A stretch of 64,000 bases of DNA from an uncultured bacterium (GCA_963977015.1 CAXBMO010000011.1:96001-160000); one strand, 5' to 3'. Numbered from the stretch's first letter, positions 1-10,521 are shown. A program made the numbers and translations. The notes: generated by a model from the letters alone, not told the origin.

Positions 1-2
1 AT

Positions 3-1316
3 GGCCGGGCCACTCCGTATTGGTTTCTGTGGGGGGATTTGCCGCGCAAGGCTCCTCAACGCAGCGTCGACCGGCTCATTAATATTTTCAAAACCCGGCC
101 CAACACCTTCCTCGCCGTGGGCGGGCACAATCGATTCACGGCGGCGATGGATCACCTGATGAGCCAAAAGATCGATGCGCTGTACGTGTTCAGCGATTTC
201 GAGGATTTCGTCGATGAGGAAATCGCTGAGGAGTACGGGCAAAAGCTCGGGCGAAACAAGGTCAAAACCTACGTCCAGCCGGCCGAGCAGAAGACCGAAT
301 ACCTGGGCATTGTCACCAATAAGATCGCGAATCGCAGCAAGGGCCGGCAAATGCCGAGTTTGGTTGCCATGCTCTCCAAGCTGAACGGCAACGATCCGTC
401 GGACGACACGCCGCCGAGTCTCCCGATGACGCCGATTGCGGAAGGGGCGGTGAACTACGGGACTGGTCGCGCCGAGCGCGAAACGGCGGGGGTTTACGCG
501 TTTCGTCCCAACAGCCGCTGGGAGAAAAAGCAGATCGCGGTTTTGGAGCAACCCAACTACGACGTGGTGTTTTATGGGCCTGAGGCTCGTGCGCAGATCT
601 TCATGAAAACCTCGGAGGGCTACATCCAGTATCCCATCACATTTGGTTACCATAGTTGGAAGAAGGATCCGGATCCGAAAGCACTCCACGAGTATCGCTG
701 GCGCAAGTTTCTTCGCGTCCGTGAGGAGCCCAAGCTGGTGAATGGCGAGATTTCCTGGAAGATGGTTCTCGAGGACGAGATTAACTTCGACGTCACGCTC
801 GAGCTGGAAAGCAAGGGGATGCGGGCTACCTACATTGCTGAGCCTCCTCCCAATGGCGAAAACGACAGTGCGTTTGTCTACTTCAATGTCCCGCCGATCG
901 CGAAGGAAAGTAAGGACATGTATTACGGTTATGACTACCCGGATGGGCTGACTCTCGATCAGATTCGCAGGGTCGTTTCGGTCAACAACGCCATGTTCAA
1001 CCTGTCCAGTTCGGTCAAGGATCGTTATGAAAACAGTTGGAACCAGATCGGGTTCAAATCCGGCCAGAATGAACGGACGTTTGGAGAACTCGTTCGCCAG
1101 CTTCCCAGTGGAATTCGCGATGTAAAGGTTTGGGGGCCATCCTTCGGTCCCCGCGTCTTCCATGCGCGGACGACGAGCAACAAGGTCCATCTCTCCGGCA
1201 GGCTGCATCGGGCGGACGCCGAGTTGTGGGAAGGATTCCAGTGTCGTTTGGTTCGTCCCCGGGATACGCGAACGCGGATCACCAAAACGGAGTCGATCTC
1301 GATCATGATTGAGTAA
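3..1316 (+). CDS. Hypothetical protein, 5'-partial, possibly with a vWA-like N-terminal part
   Basis: The frame is open from the window edge to TAA at 1316. The segment DALYVFSDFED resembles the last strand of vWA domains (weak). Confidence 0.6.
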   Translation, partial: GRATPYWFLWGDLPRKAPQRSVDRLINIFKTRPNTFLAVGGHNRFTAAMDHLMSQKIDALYVFSDFEDFVDEEIAEEYGQKLGRNKVKTYVQPAEQKTEYLGIVTNKIANRSKGRQMPSLVAMLSKLNGNDPSDDTPPSLPMTPIAEGAVNYGTGRAERETAGVYAFRPNSRWEKKQIAVLEQPNYDVVFYGPEARAQIFMKTSEGYIQYPITFGYHSWKKDPDPKALHEYRWRKFLRVREEPKLVNGEISWKMVLEDEINFDVTLELESKGMRATYIAEPPPNGENDSAFVYFNVPPIAKESKDMYYGYDYPDGLTLDQIRRVVSVNNAMFNLSSSVKDRYENSWNQIGFKSGQNERTFGELVRQLPSGIRDVKVWGPSFGPRVFHARTTSNKVHLSGRLHRADAELWEGFQCRLVRPRDTRTRITKTESISIMIE

Positions 1317-1349
1317 GGACATTGCCGCGGTTCAGGATTATAGGAGCCG

Positions 1350-2597
1350 ATGCCATTTTCTTCCTTTGGTCTAGCTCCCGATCTGGAGCAGGCCGTCAGT
1401 CAATACGGAGCTCCGACGCCGGTCCAGAGTGCTGCCATTCCCGTTGTGCTCGCCGGAGGTGATCTTTTGGCGACTGCCCAAACTGGTTCCGGCAAGACGG
1501 CGGCTTTTGTGCTGCCGCTGATTCAGCGTTGGCTCAATTGCGACCCGAAGAGTCGGCGACCGATGCACACCTTGATCCTGGTTCCGACTCGCGAACTGGC
1601 CGCGCAGGTCAGGGAGGTCGTACAAGAGCTGTCTGTTCATCTTTCGGAACGTATAAAGGTCGTCAGTGCCGTTGGTGGAGTTTCGATCAATCCTCAGATG
1701 ATGGCCCTGCGTGGCGGTGCTGATTTTGTGGTGGCAACGCCTGGCCGGCTTCTCGATCTGGTGGATCAAAACGCGGTCAAGCTGGGCGGAGTCCGGGCGC
1801 TTGTCTTGGATGAGGCGGATCGCATGCTCGACCTGGGGTTCGCGGATGAACTTTCCCGAATCCTTTCACGGTTGCCTCTCGCTCGCCAGAACTTGATGTT
1901 TTCGGCCACCTTTCCGAGTGAGGTTGAAGCCATGGCCCAGAGTCTGCTTCGTGAACCGGCTCGGATTCAGATCGATTCAGATTCTCAGGACGTTCCTGAC
2001 ATCAACGAGCGTGCCATTCGAGTCGATTCGAAGAGCCGAACCCCATTGCTTCGTCATCTCATCAAGGAAGAAGGCTGGACGCGTGCGTTGGTCTTTGTGG
2101 CCAAGCAATACACGGCAGATCACGTTGCCGACAAGCTGCAGCGCAATGGGATCAATTCGCTTGCGTTCCATGGAGATCTTAGTCATGGCGCCCGCCGCGA
2201 CGCCCTGAACGACTTCAAAGACTCAACGATCCAGGTCCTCGTCGCCACGGACCTCGCAGCTCGGGGGCTCGACATCGAGCAACTTCCCGTCGTCATCAAC
2301 TACGACCTCCCGCGTTCGGCGGTGGACTACACGCATCGCATTGGGCGAACGGGGCGAGCGGGCGAGCCTGGGGTTGCAATCAGCTTTGTGACGGCCGAGT
2401 CGCATGCCCATTTTGACCTGATCGAAAGACGCCACCAATTGAGATTGGCCCGGGAGCAAATTTCAGGTTTTGAGCCAACGGAGCTTCCGCCTCCGGCAGC
2501 GCCGGGAACGGGCGGGATCAAAGGCCGTCGCAAAAGCAAAAAAGACAAACTGCGGGAAGCGGCGGCTCGAAAAGAAGGCGAAGAGCGAAACTCGTAG
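1350..2597 (+). CDS. DEAD-box RNA helicase (RhlE-like)
   Basis: Q motif (PTPVQ), AQTGSGKT, PTRELA, TPGRL, DEAD, SAT, ARGLD and HRIGRTGR, plus a basic C-terminal tail. GGAG lies upstream of the ATG. Confidence 0.95.
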   Translation: MPFSSFGLAPDLEQAVSQYGAPTPVQSAAIPVVLAGGDLLATAQTGSGKTAAFVLPLIQRWLNCDPKSRRPMHTLILVPTRELAAQVREVVQELSVHLSERIKVVSAVGGVSINPQMMALRGGADFVVATPGRLLDLVDQNAVKLGGVRALVLDEADRMLDLGFADELSRILSRLPLARQNLMFSATFPSEVEAMAQSLLREPARIQIDSDSQDVPDINERAIRVDSKSRTPLLRHLIKEEGWTRALVFVAKQYTADHVADKLQRNGINSLAFHGDLSHGARRDALNDFKDSTIQVLVATDLAARGLDIEQLPVVINYDLPRSAVDYTHRIGRTGRAGEPGVAISFVTAESHAHFDLIERRHQLRLAREQISGFEPTELPPPAAPGTGGIKGRRKSKKDKLREAAARKEGEERNS

Positions 2598-2621
2598 GGG
2601 GCGTTGCTGACAGCAGGGTTC

Positions 2622-3221
2622 TCAGCCACCCATCGAAACGGCTTTTTCAATGAAGTTGAGAACCTCGACCCGGCCCTTCTTGTTCTTGGTTGAACATGTG
2701 AGAATGGCCGGCGTGCCATCGCAACGTTCGGCAAGCGCTTCCTTGAACTTCGCGATGTTCTTTTTGAGGGGAGCTTCTTTCACCTTGTCCGTTTTCGTGA
2801 AAATCAGCGCAAACGGGATTTGGGATTGGACGACCCATTCCACAAAATCCAGATCCAGGGTTTGCGGCGGGATCTTGCCATCAATCAAAATGAAGACGCA
2901 GATCAGGTTGTCGCGATTGGTAAGGTACTCCGACACGAACTCGTTGAACGCCCTTTGATCCGAAGCCGACCGCTTGGCGTAGCCGTAGCCGGGTAGATCG
3001 ACCAGGCTCCAAGCATTGTTGATCAGAAAGAAGTTGATCAGTTTGGTGGCACCCGGTGTTGATGAAACCTTGGCAAGACCATTGCGCTCTGCCAACAGAT
3101 TGATGAGGGAAGACTTCCCCACGTTGGAACGCCCGATGAATGCCATCTCCCCGAACTCAAAGTCCGGGCAGGAATCAAGATCCGTGGCGCTCTTGATGAA
3201 TTCGGCGGAAGTGATTCTCAT
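2622..3221 (-). CDS. engB: Ribosome biogenesis GTP-binding protein YihA/YsxC
   Basis: G1 GRSNVGKS, G3 DLPGYG, G4 TKTD. Start placed at MRITSAEFIKS. Confidence 0.95.
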   Translation of the reverse strand: MRITSAEFIKSATDLDSCPDFEFGEMAFIGRSNVGKSSLINLLAERNGLAKVSSTPGATKLINFFLINNAWSLVDLPGYGYAKRSASDQRAFNEFVSEYLTNRDNLICVFILIDGKIPPQTLDLDFVEWVVQSQIPFALIFTKTDKVKEAPLKKNIAKFKEALAERCDGTPAILTCSTKNKKGRVEVLNFIEKAVSMGG

Positions 3222-3281
3222 GCGAAAGGGCTTATTCGCCCGCACGGACCGACAAGCTACTAAGAAATGGAACTTTGTGGC

Positions 3282-4016
3282 TCAGCCCTTTCGATTCCAG
3301 ATACTGGCTTGAGCGACGGTCCATTGGAATTTGCGGCGATGCTCCCGGATGAGAAATGGCATCTCTTTGCTGGAAACGAAATCGAACGCCTCGTGCAGAT
3401 TCTCTTTGAGGAAATCCAGGGTCGAGCCTTCCGGCCAGTTTTCACGGGGAGTGAACTCGTCCATCCAGGTGCAGGGAGTCGTGAAAACCAGTTGGCCACC
3501 TGGATTGACCAATTCCGGAAGTCGAGCCAGGAACTTTTTTGGCGCGGTCAGGCGGCAAAGCAGGTTCGCCGCGTGAACCAGATCAAAGTTGCCGAGATCA
3601 TCGCGCAGATTCATCGCGTCACCTTGCTCAAAACTCACCGCATCCACCTTCGCGCCGTCCGGTCGTTCGGCGGTTTGATGAGTCCAGACGTTTCCCTCCT
3701 CGAGTCGCTCGTAAGCGAGGCGGCCCGTTGAGCGAATCGCTTCCGCAGCATCGACAAAGGCCTGTGAGTAGTCGATTCCAATCACTTCGGAGCAGCGCTT
3801 GGAAAGTTCAAAGCTGGAACGACCGACCGCGCATCCAACGTCCAGGGCTCTGGCCGAGCCGGCGACGCGATCCCAGTCGAACGTTGTTTCCACCGTCCGA
3901 ACCGCGAAATTCAGAGCCGGCTTCGGGCCAAATTCCCATTCCAGAATCTCGTCTCCAGATCCGTAGTGGAAAAGCAGGTATTCGTTCAGCAGCTTGTTCG
4001 ATTCGTAGACGTTCAC
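3282..4016 (-). CDS. Class I SAM methyltransferase resembling the OvoA C-terminal (mercaptohistidine N-methyltransferase) domain, stand-alone
   Basis: YESNKLLNEYLLFHYG, ALDVGCAVGRSSFEL, QGDA, AANLLCRL, TPCTW and REHRRKFQ. GTG start chosen just after the upstream gene's stop. Confidence 0.75.
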   Translation of the reverse strand: MNVYESNKLLNEYLLFHYGSGDEILEWEFGPKPALNFAVRTVETTFDWDRVAGSARALDVGCAVGRSSFELSKRCSEVIGIDYSQAFVDAAEAIRSTGRLAYERLEEGNVWTHQTAERPDGAKVDAVSFEQGDAMNLRDDLGNFDLVHAANLLCRLTAPKKFLARLPELVNPGGQLVFTTPCTWMDEFTPRENWPEGSTLDFLKENLHEAFDFVSSKEMPFLIREHRRKFQWTVAQASIWNRKG

Positions 4017-4024
4017 CCTGCCGA

Positions 4025-5215
4025 CTACAGGCTCAAAAGTGGCGCTGGCAAGAGGAAAGCATGCTGTTCCAGGAGACTCGCCGCCCCTGACCAACTGAAA
4101 TACTGCATGAGGAACACCCAAAAGGCATAGGCGAAGGCGATCGGAAGAATCGCGACCCGGCTGATCCAGCGAAAGAGCCCGAAGGCGGGTTCCGGTGAAC
4201 TCGCCGCGCGCCCCATCGCCCAACCGGAGAGAAGGCGCGCCGGTAGGATGGAGATGACGAAAAACAATCCCGGAAGCCAGGCGAGTTCCTGGGGCGTCAT
4301 CTCGACTTTGAGAAGATAAAGCGGCATCGCAAAAAGAACGGTGATGAACATGGCGAGCCAAAACGCGAAGGGAGCCTTCCGAAAGTGAGCCCGAACTTCG
4401 CCAAGCTCAAAGAGACACCGAAATCGACCCTGCTGCGCAAAATGAGCCTGGAGAAAGGGAACGTAGACCACGGCGATCGTCAGTCCCAGGATGCCGATGA
4501 GCGAGAGAACGAATCCTGGTCCTTTCGGCAGTTGTCCCGCAATCATCAAAATGCCAACCGGCAACGCGAGCCAAGCCAGACCGCCAACGAAGCCGCGTGC
4601 CCCGAGCCAGAAATAGTGCGGCAATCGCAGGCTGTTCAGGTAATTCATGACACCATCCCGCAGGCGCTGAAACTTGCCGGGTTCGTGGAGCAGCCAGCGT
4701 TTGAAGTGTTTCGGTGAGGGCCAGAGAAAATGGTTCGTGCGTCCGCCGCGAATACAGGCCCAGCCGATGTGGCCCAGCGCCAGAATCGAAAAGAGAATCA
4801 TGAGGACGAGCATGAATCGAGTCGTCCCGCTGGCGGGATCAATCAGTTGGGCGTCCTTCCAAAGGCTGGAGACAAACCGCAGGGGCAGGAGCGCCAACCA
4901 GCTGAAAATTGCGATGCTGCCGAGGATCGACGCCTTGCGGATGCCGACGAAGCCATGGCGGAGCTTGCCGGTTCGCGCAACCCGGCCGCTGCACTCCAAC
5001 ATATACCCCAGGCTCAAGAAGTTGAGGATGGGAATCGCCGCCACGACCGCCAATCCAACGAGAATGGCTGCGAGCCCGAACATCCAGTCCAGTCCGGAAA
5101 CCACGCCTTTCCACGCTCGAGCCCAGGCGGTCGCGCTTTCCTCGGATTCGAGCAAGGGGAGGGGTGGTGGTTCAGCAATCATCTGCACATCTGGCCTAGA
5201 CCCGGCTCTTGCCAT
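4025..5215 (-). CDS. Multi-pass membrane protein of unknown function (DUF4013-like); start may be 5182
   Basis: About 8-9 hydrophobic segments and an IPILNFLSLGY motif. Confidence 0.75.
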   Translation of the reverse strand: MARAGSRPDVQMIAEPPPLPLLESEESATAWARAWKGVVSGLDWMFGLAAILVGLAVVAAIPILNFLSLGYMLECSGRVARTGKLRHGFVGIRKASILGSIAIFSWLALLPLRFVSSLWKDAQLIDPASGTTRFMLVLMILFSILALGHIGWACIRGGRTNHFLWPSPKHFKRWLLHEPGKFQRLRDGVMNYLNSLRLPHYFWLGARGFVGGLAWLALPVGILMIAGQLPKGPGFVLSLIGILGLTIAVVYVPFLQAHFAQQGRFRCLFELGEVRAHFRKAPFAFWLAMFITVLFAMPLYLLKVEMTPQELAWLPGLFFVISILPARLLSGWAMGRAASSPEPAFGLFRWISRVAILPIAFAYAFWVFLMQYFSWSGAASLLEQHAFLLPAPLLSL

Positions 5216-5273
5216 TGTGGTTACATTTTGGCAAAGTGTAACCGATCATGGCACACCTTGGTCATACATTACA

Positions 5274-6941
5274 ATGCCGATCACTCCGCCACCCCTTCCC
5301 GACGAATCCGGCTCCGCACAGCCGGGGCGATGGCGTAGCAATCTGGGGTTTCTCGTCTTGATCGTGCTCGGCGTGGTTGTGATGTTAGGAACGATTTGGG
5401 AGCCGAGAACTGTTCAGCCTCCCGAATCCTTTGATCCGCAGTCACGCGGTGATGCGTCCATTCAGGCAACTGCCGGCAAGGTTGATCAAGCCATCGCGCA
5501 GACGTGGGCGACTGCGGAGGTCGAGCCGGTTTCGCGCGCGGACGACCTGGCGATTGTGCGAAGGCTTTCCCTGGGGCTGATCGGGACGATTCCCTCGTTT
5601 GAGGAAATTCGTGCGATTGAAGCGGTCCCCGAGTCTCGGCGAATCGATTGGTGGTTGGCGCATCTGTTTGAAGATCCTCGCTATGGGGATTACGTCGCCG
5701 AGCGGTTTGCGAGGGCCTATGTCGGAACCGATGCGGGACCATTGCTGGTTTATCGGCGACGACGAATGGTCAATTGGCTGGCGGAAGAATTTCGGGCCAA
5801 TCGTCCCTATGACGAGTTGGTGAGATCGCTGATCGCGGCCGAGGGAGTCTGGACTTCGAATCCGGCCGCCAATTTCTTGACCCGTACCATCGAGAATGGG
5901 AACAAGGACAAGGGGCCTGACGAAGTCGAGTTGGCCGCGCGCATGACGCGAGCCTTTCTCGGTGTGCGAATTGACTGCATGCAGTGTCATGACGATAAAC
6001 TGGGCGATCGCTGGAAACAGGCGGACTTTCATCAATTGGCCGCCTTTTTCGCTCAGGCAGAGAATGGCCTGACGGGGATTCGGGACAATCAGAAGGTTTC
6101 CTATTCGTATCGCTATCGGGGAAGCCGTGAGGAAGCGCCCGTTTCCGCTGTGGTTCCCTTTCAGCCGGAGATTTTTCCCGAGGAAGGCGCTCTTCGCGAG
6201 AGGCTGGCGATTTGGACGACGCATCCCGAGAACAAGGCGTTTGCTCGAACAACGGTGAACCGGGTTTGGGCAATTCTGTTTGGGAAGGCGCTGGTTGAGC
6301 CGGTGGATGATATCCCTCTCGATGGCGAGTTACCGGATGCGCTCGATCTTTTGGCAGACGACCTCATTGCGAATCAATTTGATCTTCAGCGGCTCATTCG
6401 AGTGATTGCTTCGACCGAGGCCTATCAGCTGGACAGCCGGAGTGAAGATCCCAAGTTGGAGGACGTCTGGGCCAGCTACCCGTTGACCCGCCTTCGCCCC
6501 GAACAAGTCGCTCAGAGCGTGATCCAGGCTTCCTCGCTGACCACGATCAATCGCGAGGCGCATATTATCCAGCGCATGAAACGGTTTGGCGAGACCAATG
6601 ATTTTGTGAAGCGATATGGCGATCTGGGGGAAGAGGAGTTTCTCGATCAGGGAGGCACGATTCCGCAACGGCTTCTGTTGATGAATGGCAAGCTGCTGGA
6701 TGAGCGGACCGAGGATAACATCGTCATGAACGCTGCGACTCGAATCGGGGCGTTGGCAGGCAGTGACCAAAAAGCGGTGGAGACCGCGTACTTGTCCATT
6801 TTCACGCGTCGTCCAACTTCCGAGGAGCTAACCCATTTTGTCGGAACGTTGCGCGACAAAAAATCCAAGGCTCGGAATAACGCCATGCAGGATCTTTTTT
6901 GGGCACTGATGAATGCAACGGAGTTTTCCTGGAATCACTAA
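5274..6941 (+). CDS. DUF1549/DUF1553 (PSD1-type) protein with N-terminal membrane anchor
   Basis: RRLSLGLIGTIP, FLGVRIDCMQCHD, FARTTVNRVWAILFG and DLFWALMNATEFSWNH. The upstream part of the track ORF overlaps the divergent gene, so the start was moved to ATG 5274. Confidence 0.9.
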   Translation: MPITPPPLPDESGSAQPGRWRSNLGFLVLIVLGVVVMLGTIWEPRTVQPPESFDPQSRGDASIQATAGKVDQAIAQTWATAEVEPVSRADDLAIVRRLSLGLIGTIPSFEEIRAIEAVPESRRIDWWLAHLFEDPRYGDYVAERFARAYVGTDAGPLLVYRRRRMVNWLAEEFRANRPYDELVRSLIAAEGVWTSNPAANFLTRTIENGNKDKGPDEVELAARMTRAFLGVRIDCMQCHDDKLGDRWKQADFHQLAAFFAQAENGLTGIRDNQKVSYSYRYRGSREEAPVSAVVPFQPEIFPEEGALRERLAIWTTHPENKAFARTTVNRVWAILFGKALVEPVDDIPLDGELPDALDLLADDLIANQFDLQRLIRVIASTEAYQLDSRSEDPKLEDVWASYPLTRLRPEQVAQSVIQASSLTTINREAHIIQRMKRFGETNDFVKRYGDLGEEEFLDQGGTIPQRLLLMNGKLLDERTEDNIVMNAATRIGALAGSDQKAVETAYLSIFTRRPTSEELTHFVGTLRDKKSKARNNAMQDLFWALMNATEFSWNH

Positions 6942-6942
6942 C

Positions 6943-8229
6943 ATGAATGCTGATTTATCCAAATTCTGTGGGCCGGCCCATTTTTCGCGACGTTCCATGC
7001 TCCAAGCGGTGGGGCTTTCAGGAGCGACCTGGCTGACGCCGTTTGCCGATCTTCTCGCCGTCGATGCCGAACGACCGAATCGCCGGGGGAAATCGGTTAT
7101 CCTGCTGTGGTTGGCCGGGGCGCCGAGTCAGCTCGAAACGTTTGATCCACATCCGGGTTCGCCCATTTCCTACGGGACGAAGTCGATAAAGACGGCGAAC
7201 CCGGAAGTTGAGTTGGCAAGCACGTTGGAGCAAACGGCGGAAGTGATGAACGATGTTTCGCTCATTCGTTCTGCGGTGAGCCGGGAAGGGGATCATCAGC
7301 GCGCCATTTACAACATCAAGACCGGCTATCGTCCCATTCCGGCATTGAGCCACCCATCCATTGGCGCGGTGATCACCCATGAGCTTCCCAATCCGAAGAT
7401 TGAGATTCCGACCCACGTTTCCATTCTTCCGAGCCAGTTTCCCAGTCGTGGAGGTTACCTCGGTGCGCAATACGACGCCTTTCAGATCGGAAACCCAACC
7501 GAACCGCTTCAGGACATGCAGGCCAAAACGTCAGATGTGCGGGCGAATCAGCGATTGAAGAGCCTCTCCGTCGTGGAAAAGGCGTTTTCGCAAGGGCGTT
7601 ACACCAAGCTCGATGCGGAGAAAACGCTTCATGTTGCGACGGTCGAGAAAGCGCGTCGGATGATGACGAGTGAACAGCTGAAAGCGTTCGATGTGAGCGA
7701 TGAACCTGCAGATGTTCGGGCCGCCTACGGTGAGACTCCGTTTGGGCGGGGTTGTCTGGCTGCGCGGCGACTGGTGGAGGCCGGGGTCCGTTGTGTGGAG
7801 GTGACCTTGGGAGGTTGGGATACCCACGTGAACAATCACGAGCTACAGGCGGGGCGCGTTGCGATCCTGGATCCGGCTTTTGCGACGTTGATCAAAGACC
7901 TCAAACAGCGTGATCTCCTGGATCAAACGGTTGTTCTTTGCGGGGGCGAGTTCGGCAGAACGCCGAAACTCAATGGTCTCGATGGGCGCGATCACTGGCC
8001 GCACGGGTTCAGTCTCGCACTGGCCGGAGGCGGGATCCAGGGTGGTCGTGTGGTTGGAAAAACCGACCCATCCGGCGAAAAGCAGGAGCCGGAACGCCCC
8101 GTCCCGGTCGCCGACATACATGCGACCATTCAAACCGTTCTCGGCATCGATCCGGAATACGAGGTCATGACTCCGGCGAACCGCCCGTTGGCTCTCAGCG
8201 AAGGCAACCTGATCCGCGAGTTGTTGTAA
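6943..8229 (+). CDS. DUF1501 family protein, Tat-like signal
   Basis: SRRSML twin-arginine motif, GAPSQLETFDP, GGWDTH, GEFGRTP and GRDHWP. Directly follows the DUF1549/1553 gene. Confidence 0.92.
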   Translation: MNADLSKFCGPAHFSRRSMLQAVGLSGATWLTPFADLLAVDAERPNRRGKSVILLWLAGAPSQLETFDPHPGSPISYGTKSIKTANPEVELASTLEQTAEVMNDVSLIRSAVSREGDHQRAIYNIKTGYRPIPALSHPSIGAVITHELPNPKIEIPTHVSILPSQFPSRGGYLGAQYDAFQIGNPTEPLQDMQAKTSDVRANQRLKSLSVVEKAFSQGRYTKLDAEKTLHVATVEKARRMMTSEQLKAFDVSDEPADVRAAYGETPFGRGCLAARRLVEAGVRCVEVTLGGWDTHVNNHELQAGRVAILDPAFATLIKDLKQRDLLDQTVVLCGGEFGRTPKLNGLDGRDHWPHGFSLALAGGGIQGGRVVGKTDPSGEKQEPERPVPVADIHATIQTVLGIDPEYEVMTPANRPLALSEGNLIRELL

Positions 8230-8257
8230 TCGCAGGGAGGCTGGCTAGAGTTTCCGG

Positions 8258-9676
8258 ATGAAACTCACCATTCTTGGTCTGCTTCTCTCAACCCCGTTTG
8301 TCGTTGCGGAATCGTTGCCGAACATTGTCCTGCTGGTTGCTGATGATCTCGGTTATGGTGAACTTGGTTGCCAGGGGAATCGCGAGATTCCCACTCCGAA
8401 TATCGATTCCATCGCCCAAAACGGGGTTCGATTCACGCAAGGCTATGTAACGGCGGCCTATTGCAGTGCCTCCCGGGCCGGCTTGATGACCGGTCGCTAC
8501 CAGACCCGGTTTGGATATGAGTTCAATCCAATCGGGCATCACAATGATGATCCGGATGCCGGGCTGCCTCCTTCAGAGCGGACGCTCGCCGAACACTTGG
8601 CCGATTCCGGCTATGTCACCGCGTTGATTGGGAAGTGGCATCTCGGCGGTCACCCCAAGTATCATCCCCAGCGTCATGGGTTCGACGAGTTCTTTGGCTT
8701 TACCCATGAAGGGCACTATTTTGTGCCGCCACCTTATGAACGGGTAACCACGATGATGCGTCGCAAGGTGCTGCCGGGCGGGGGGAAGGGACGGTGGATT
8801 TCCAACGACGGCAAAACCATCTATTCGTCACACATGGGAGGGAATGAGCCGGATTACGATGCGAACAACCCGATTGTGCGGGGCGGGCAACCGGTTGAAG
8901 AGAAGGATCACCTGACCGATGCATTTACCCGTGAGGCTGTGGATTTTATCTGGCGGAGTTGGGATTGGCCATTTTTCCTCTATTTGCCCTACAATGCGGT
9001 TCATAGTCCGCTTCAGGGCGCGGATGAATATATGGAAAAATTTTCCCATATAGAAGACGTTCATCGCCGGATCTTTGCCGCCATGCTGGCACACATGGAC
9101 GATAGCGTTGGCGAGGTGTTGAAGGCGCTGCGTGACGCGAGGCTCGAGGAAAACACATTGATCATCTTTCTCAGTGATAATGGTGGGCCGACCAAGGAAT
9201 TGACCTCGCAGAACGGCCCGCTTCGGAACGGAAAGGGCTCGGTTTATGAAGGAGGACTGCGGGTGCCATTCCTGATGCAATGGAAAGGGCAATTGCCTGA
9301 GCAGACCGTGTATGAAAATCCGGTCATCGCTCTCGATATTTTTGCGACCGCGGCAACGGTCGCGAAGAATCCAACGAAACCCGGGACCATTGATGGCATG
9401 AATCTACTTCCCTTTCTGAAGGGCGATGAGCCAGGGGAACCGCATGACGTTCTCTATTGGAGGCTCAACCGGAAGACGGCGCTTCGGGCTGGGGATTGGA
9501 AGATTCTTCAGAATCCGGGGAAAGGAAAGGAGCCCGCCTGGGAGCTCTACAATTTGGCCGAAGACGTCGCGGAACAGAACGACTTATCGGCGGCCAATCC
9601 CGAAAAGACGAGCGAGATGATTCGGATTTGGGAGGGATGGGATCAACAGATGATTGATCCTATTTGGTCTCCGTGA
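8258..9676 (+). CDS. Formylglycine-dependent sulfatase (S1), secreted
   Basis: PNIVLLVADDLGYG, CSASRAGLMTGR (CxxxR), GKWHLG and SDNGG, with a signal peptide. Confidence 0.95.
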   Translation: MKLTILGLLLSTPFVVAESLPNIVLLVADDLGYGELGCQGNREIPTPNIDSIAQNGVRFTQGYVTAAYCSASRAGLMTGRYQTRFGYEFNPIGHHNDDPDAGLPPSERTLAEHLADSGYVTALIGKWHLGGHPKYHPQRHGFDEFFGFTHEGHYFVPPPYERVTTMMRRKVLPGGGKGRWISNDGKTIYSSHMGGNEPDYDANNPIVRGGQPVEEKDHLTDAFTREAVDFIWRSWDWPFFLYLPYNAVHSPLQGADEYMEKFSHIEDVHRRIFAAMLAHMDDSVGEVLKALRDARLEENTLIIFLSDNGGPTKELTSQNGPLRNGKGSVYEGGLRVPFLMQWKGQLPEQTVYENPVIALDIFATAATVAKNPTKPGTIDGMNLLPFLKGDEPGEPHDVLYWRLNRKTALRAGDWKILQNPGKGKEPAWELYNLAEDVAEQNDLSAANPEKTSEMIRIWEGWDQQMIDPIWSP

Positions 9677-9677
9677 G

Positions 9678-10508
9678 TTACGGCTTTGAGAGAGCAATCG
9701 GTTCGCCAATACGAGAAAGGTCGACCAGATATTTCGTTCCGGAGCGGTGTTCTCCAGAAGGGTTCTCAAGGACCAATTTTACGCGGGTTGTGCTGCTGGC
9801 CGCGTCGGTTACGGGACTGACAAACTCCAATTTGGCGAGGTATTCTCTGGTCCCGTTTGTCTTTTGAAGCGGCACGGTTTGGCCCGGTTTAAGGTGCTCG
9901 GCTGCTTGGTGAGGGACATGAAGAACGACGTTTAACTGATCAAGTTTCACCAGGGTGAGAACTGGCCCTTGTCCCGGTTGAACGTTCTCACCAACTTCGC
10001 GGTAGATTCGCGATACAATCCCATCAAACGGGCTTCTCAACGTGTGTCGTTCGATCTCTGCCGCAATTCGTTCAACCTGAATTGCCAGGCTGGCCTTCTC
10101 TTCTTTTGCTGCGATGAGTTCGGCGTTGGAGATCTCAAATTCGGCGTTGGCTCGGGCGACTTCATCTCGATTGGCACTACCGGATTTGGCCAAGCGTTCC
10201 AGTTCATCTTTGCGGCGTTTGCGAAGCTCCCAATTGGCCTGGGCCGACTGAATGGTAGATTGGCTTTCCGCTCTGATCTTGGCGATTCGCAACGATGCAT
10301 CGAGAACCTGGCTGTCCAATTTTCCAAGCAGTTCGCCCTCTCTTACGACCTGACCTTCTTGAGCCGGGATCGAGGCGATCACGCCGGATTCAGGAAATGC
10401 CATATCAACCTGGCGGATTGGTTCGGTCGTTCCAATGGTTGGGGTTTGCGCGACGGCAAACGGACTCAGGGTGAAGCTGAGAAGAAGCAGGGAGATTATA
10501 GGTTTCAT
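9678..10508 (-). CDS. Membrane fusion protein / RND-type periplasmic adaptor
   Basis: Signal peptide (MKPIISLLLLSF), lipoyl half-motifs (GQVVREGELLGKLD; LRSPFDGIV), helical hairpin and FVSPVTDAASST. Confidence 0.88.
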   Translation of the reverse strand: MKPIISLLLLSFTLSPFAVAQTPTIGTTEPIRQVDMAFPESGVIASIPAQEGQVVREGELLGKLDSQVLDASLRIAKIRAESQSTIQSAQANWELRKRRKDELERLAKSGSANRDEVARANAEFEISNAELIAAKEEKASLAIQVERIAAEIERHTLRSPFDGIVSRIYREVGENVQPGQGPVLTLVKLDQLNVVLHVPHQAAEHLKPGQTVPLQKTNGTREYLAKLEFVSPVTDAASSTTRVKLVLENPSGEHRSGTKYLVDLSRIGEPIALSKP

Positions 10509-10521
10509 CAATTGGGGGGGA

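Noticed and set aside
4674-5273. 200-aa N-terminal extension of the DUF1549/1553 ORF
   Set aside because: It overlaps the opposite-strand membrane protein gene and has no recognisable features. ATG 5274 gives a normal N-terminus.
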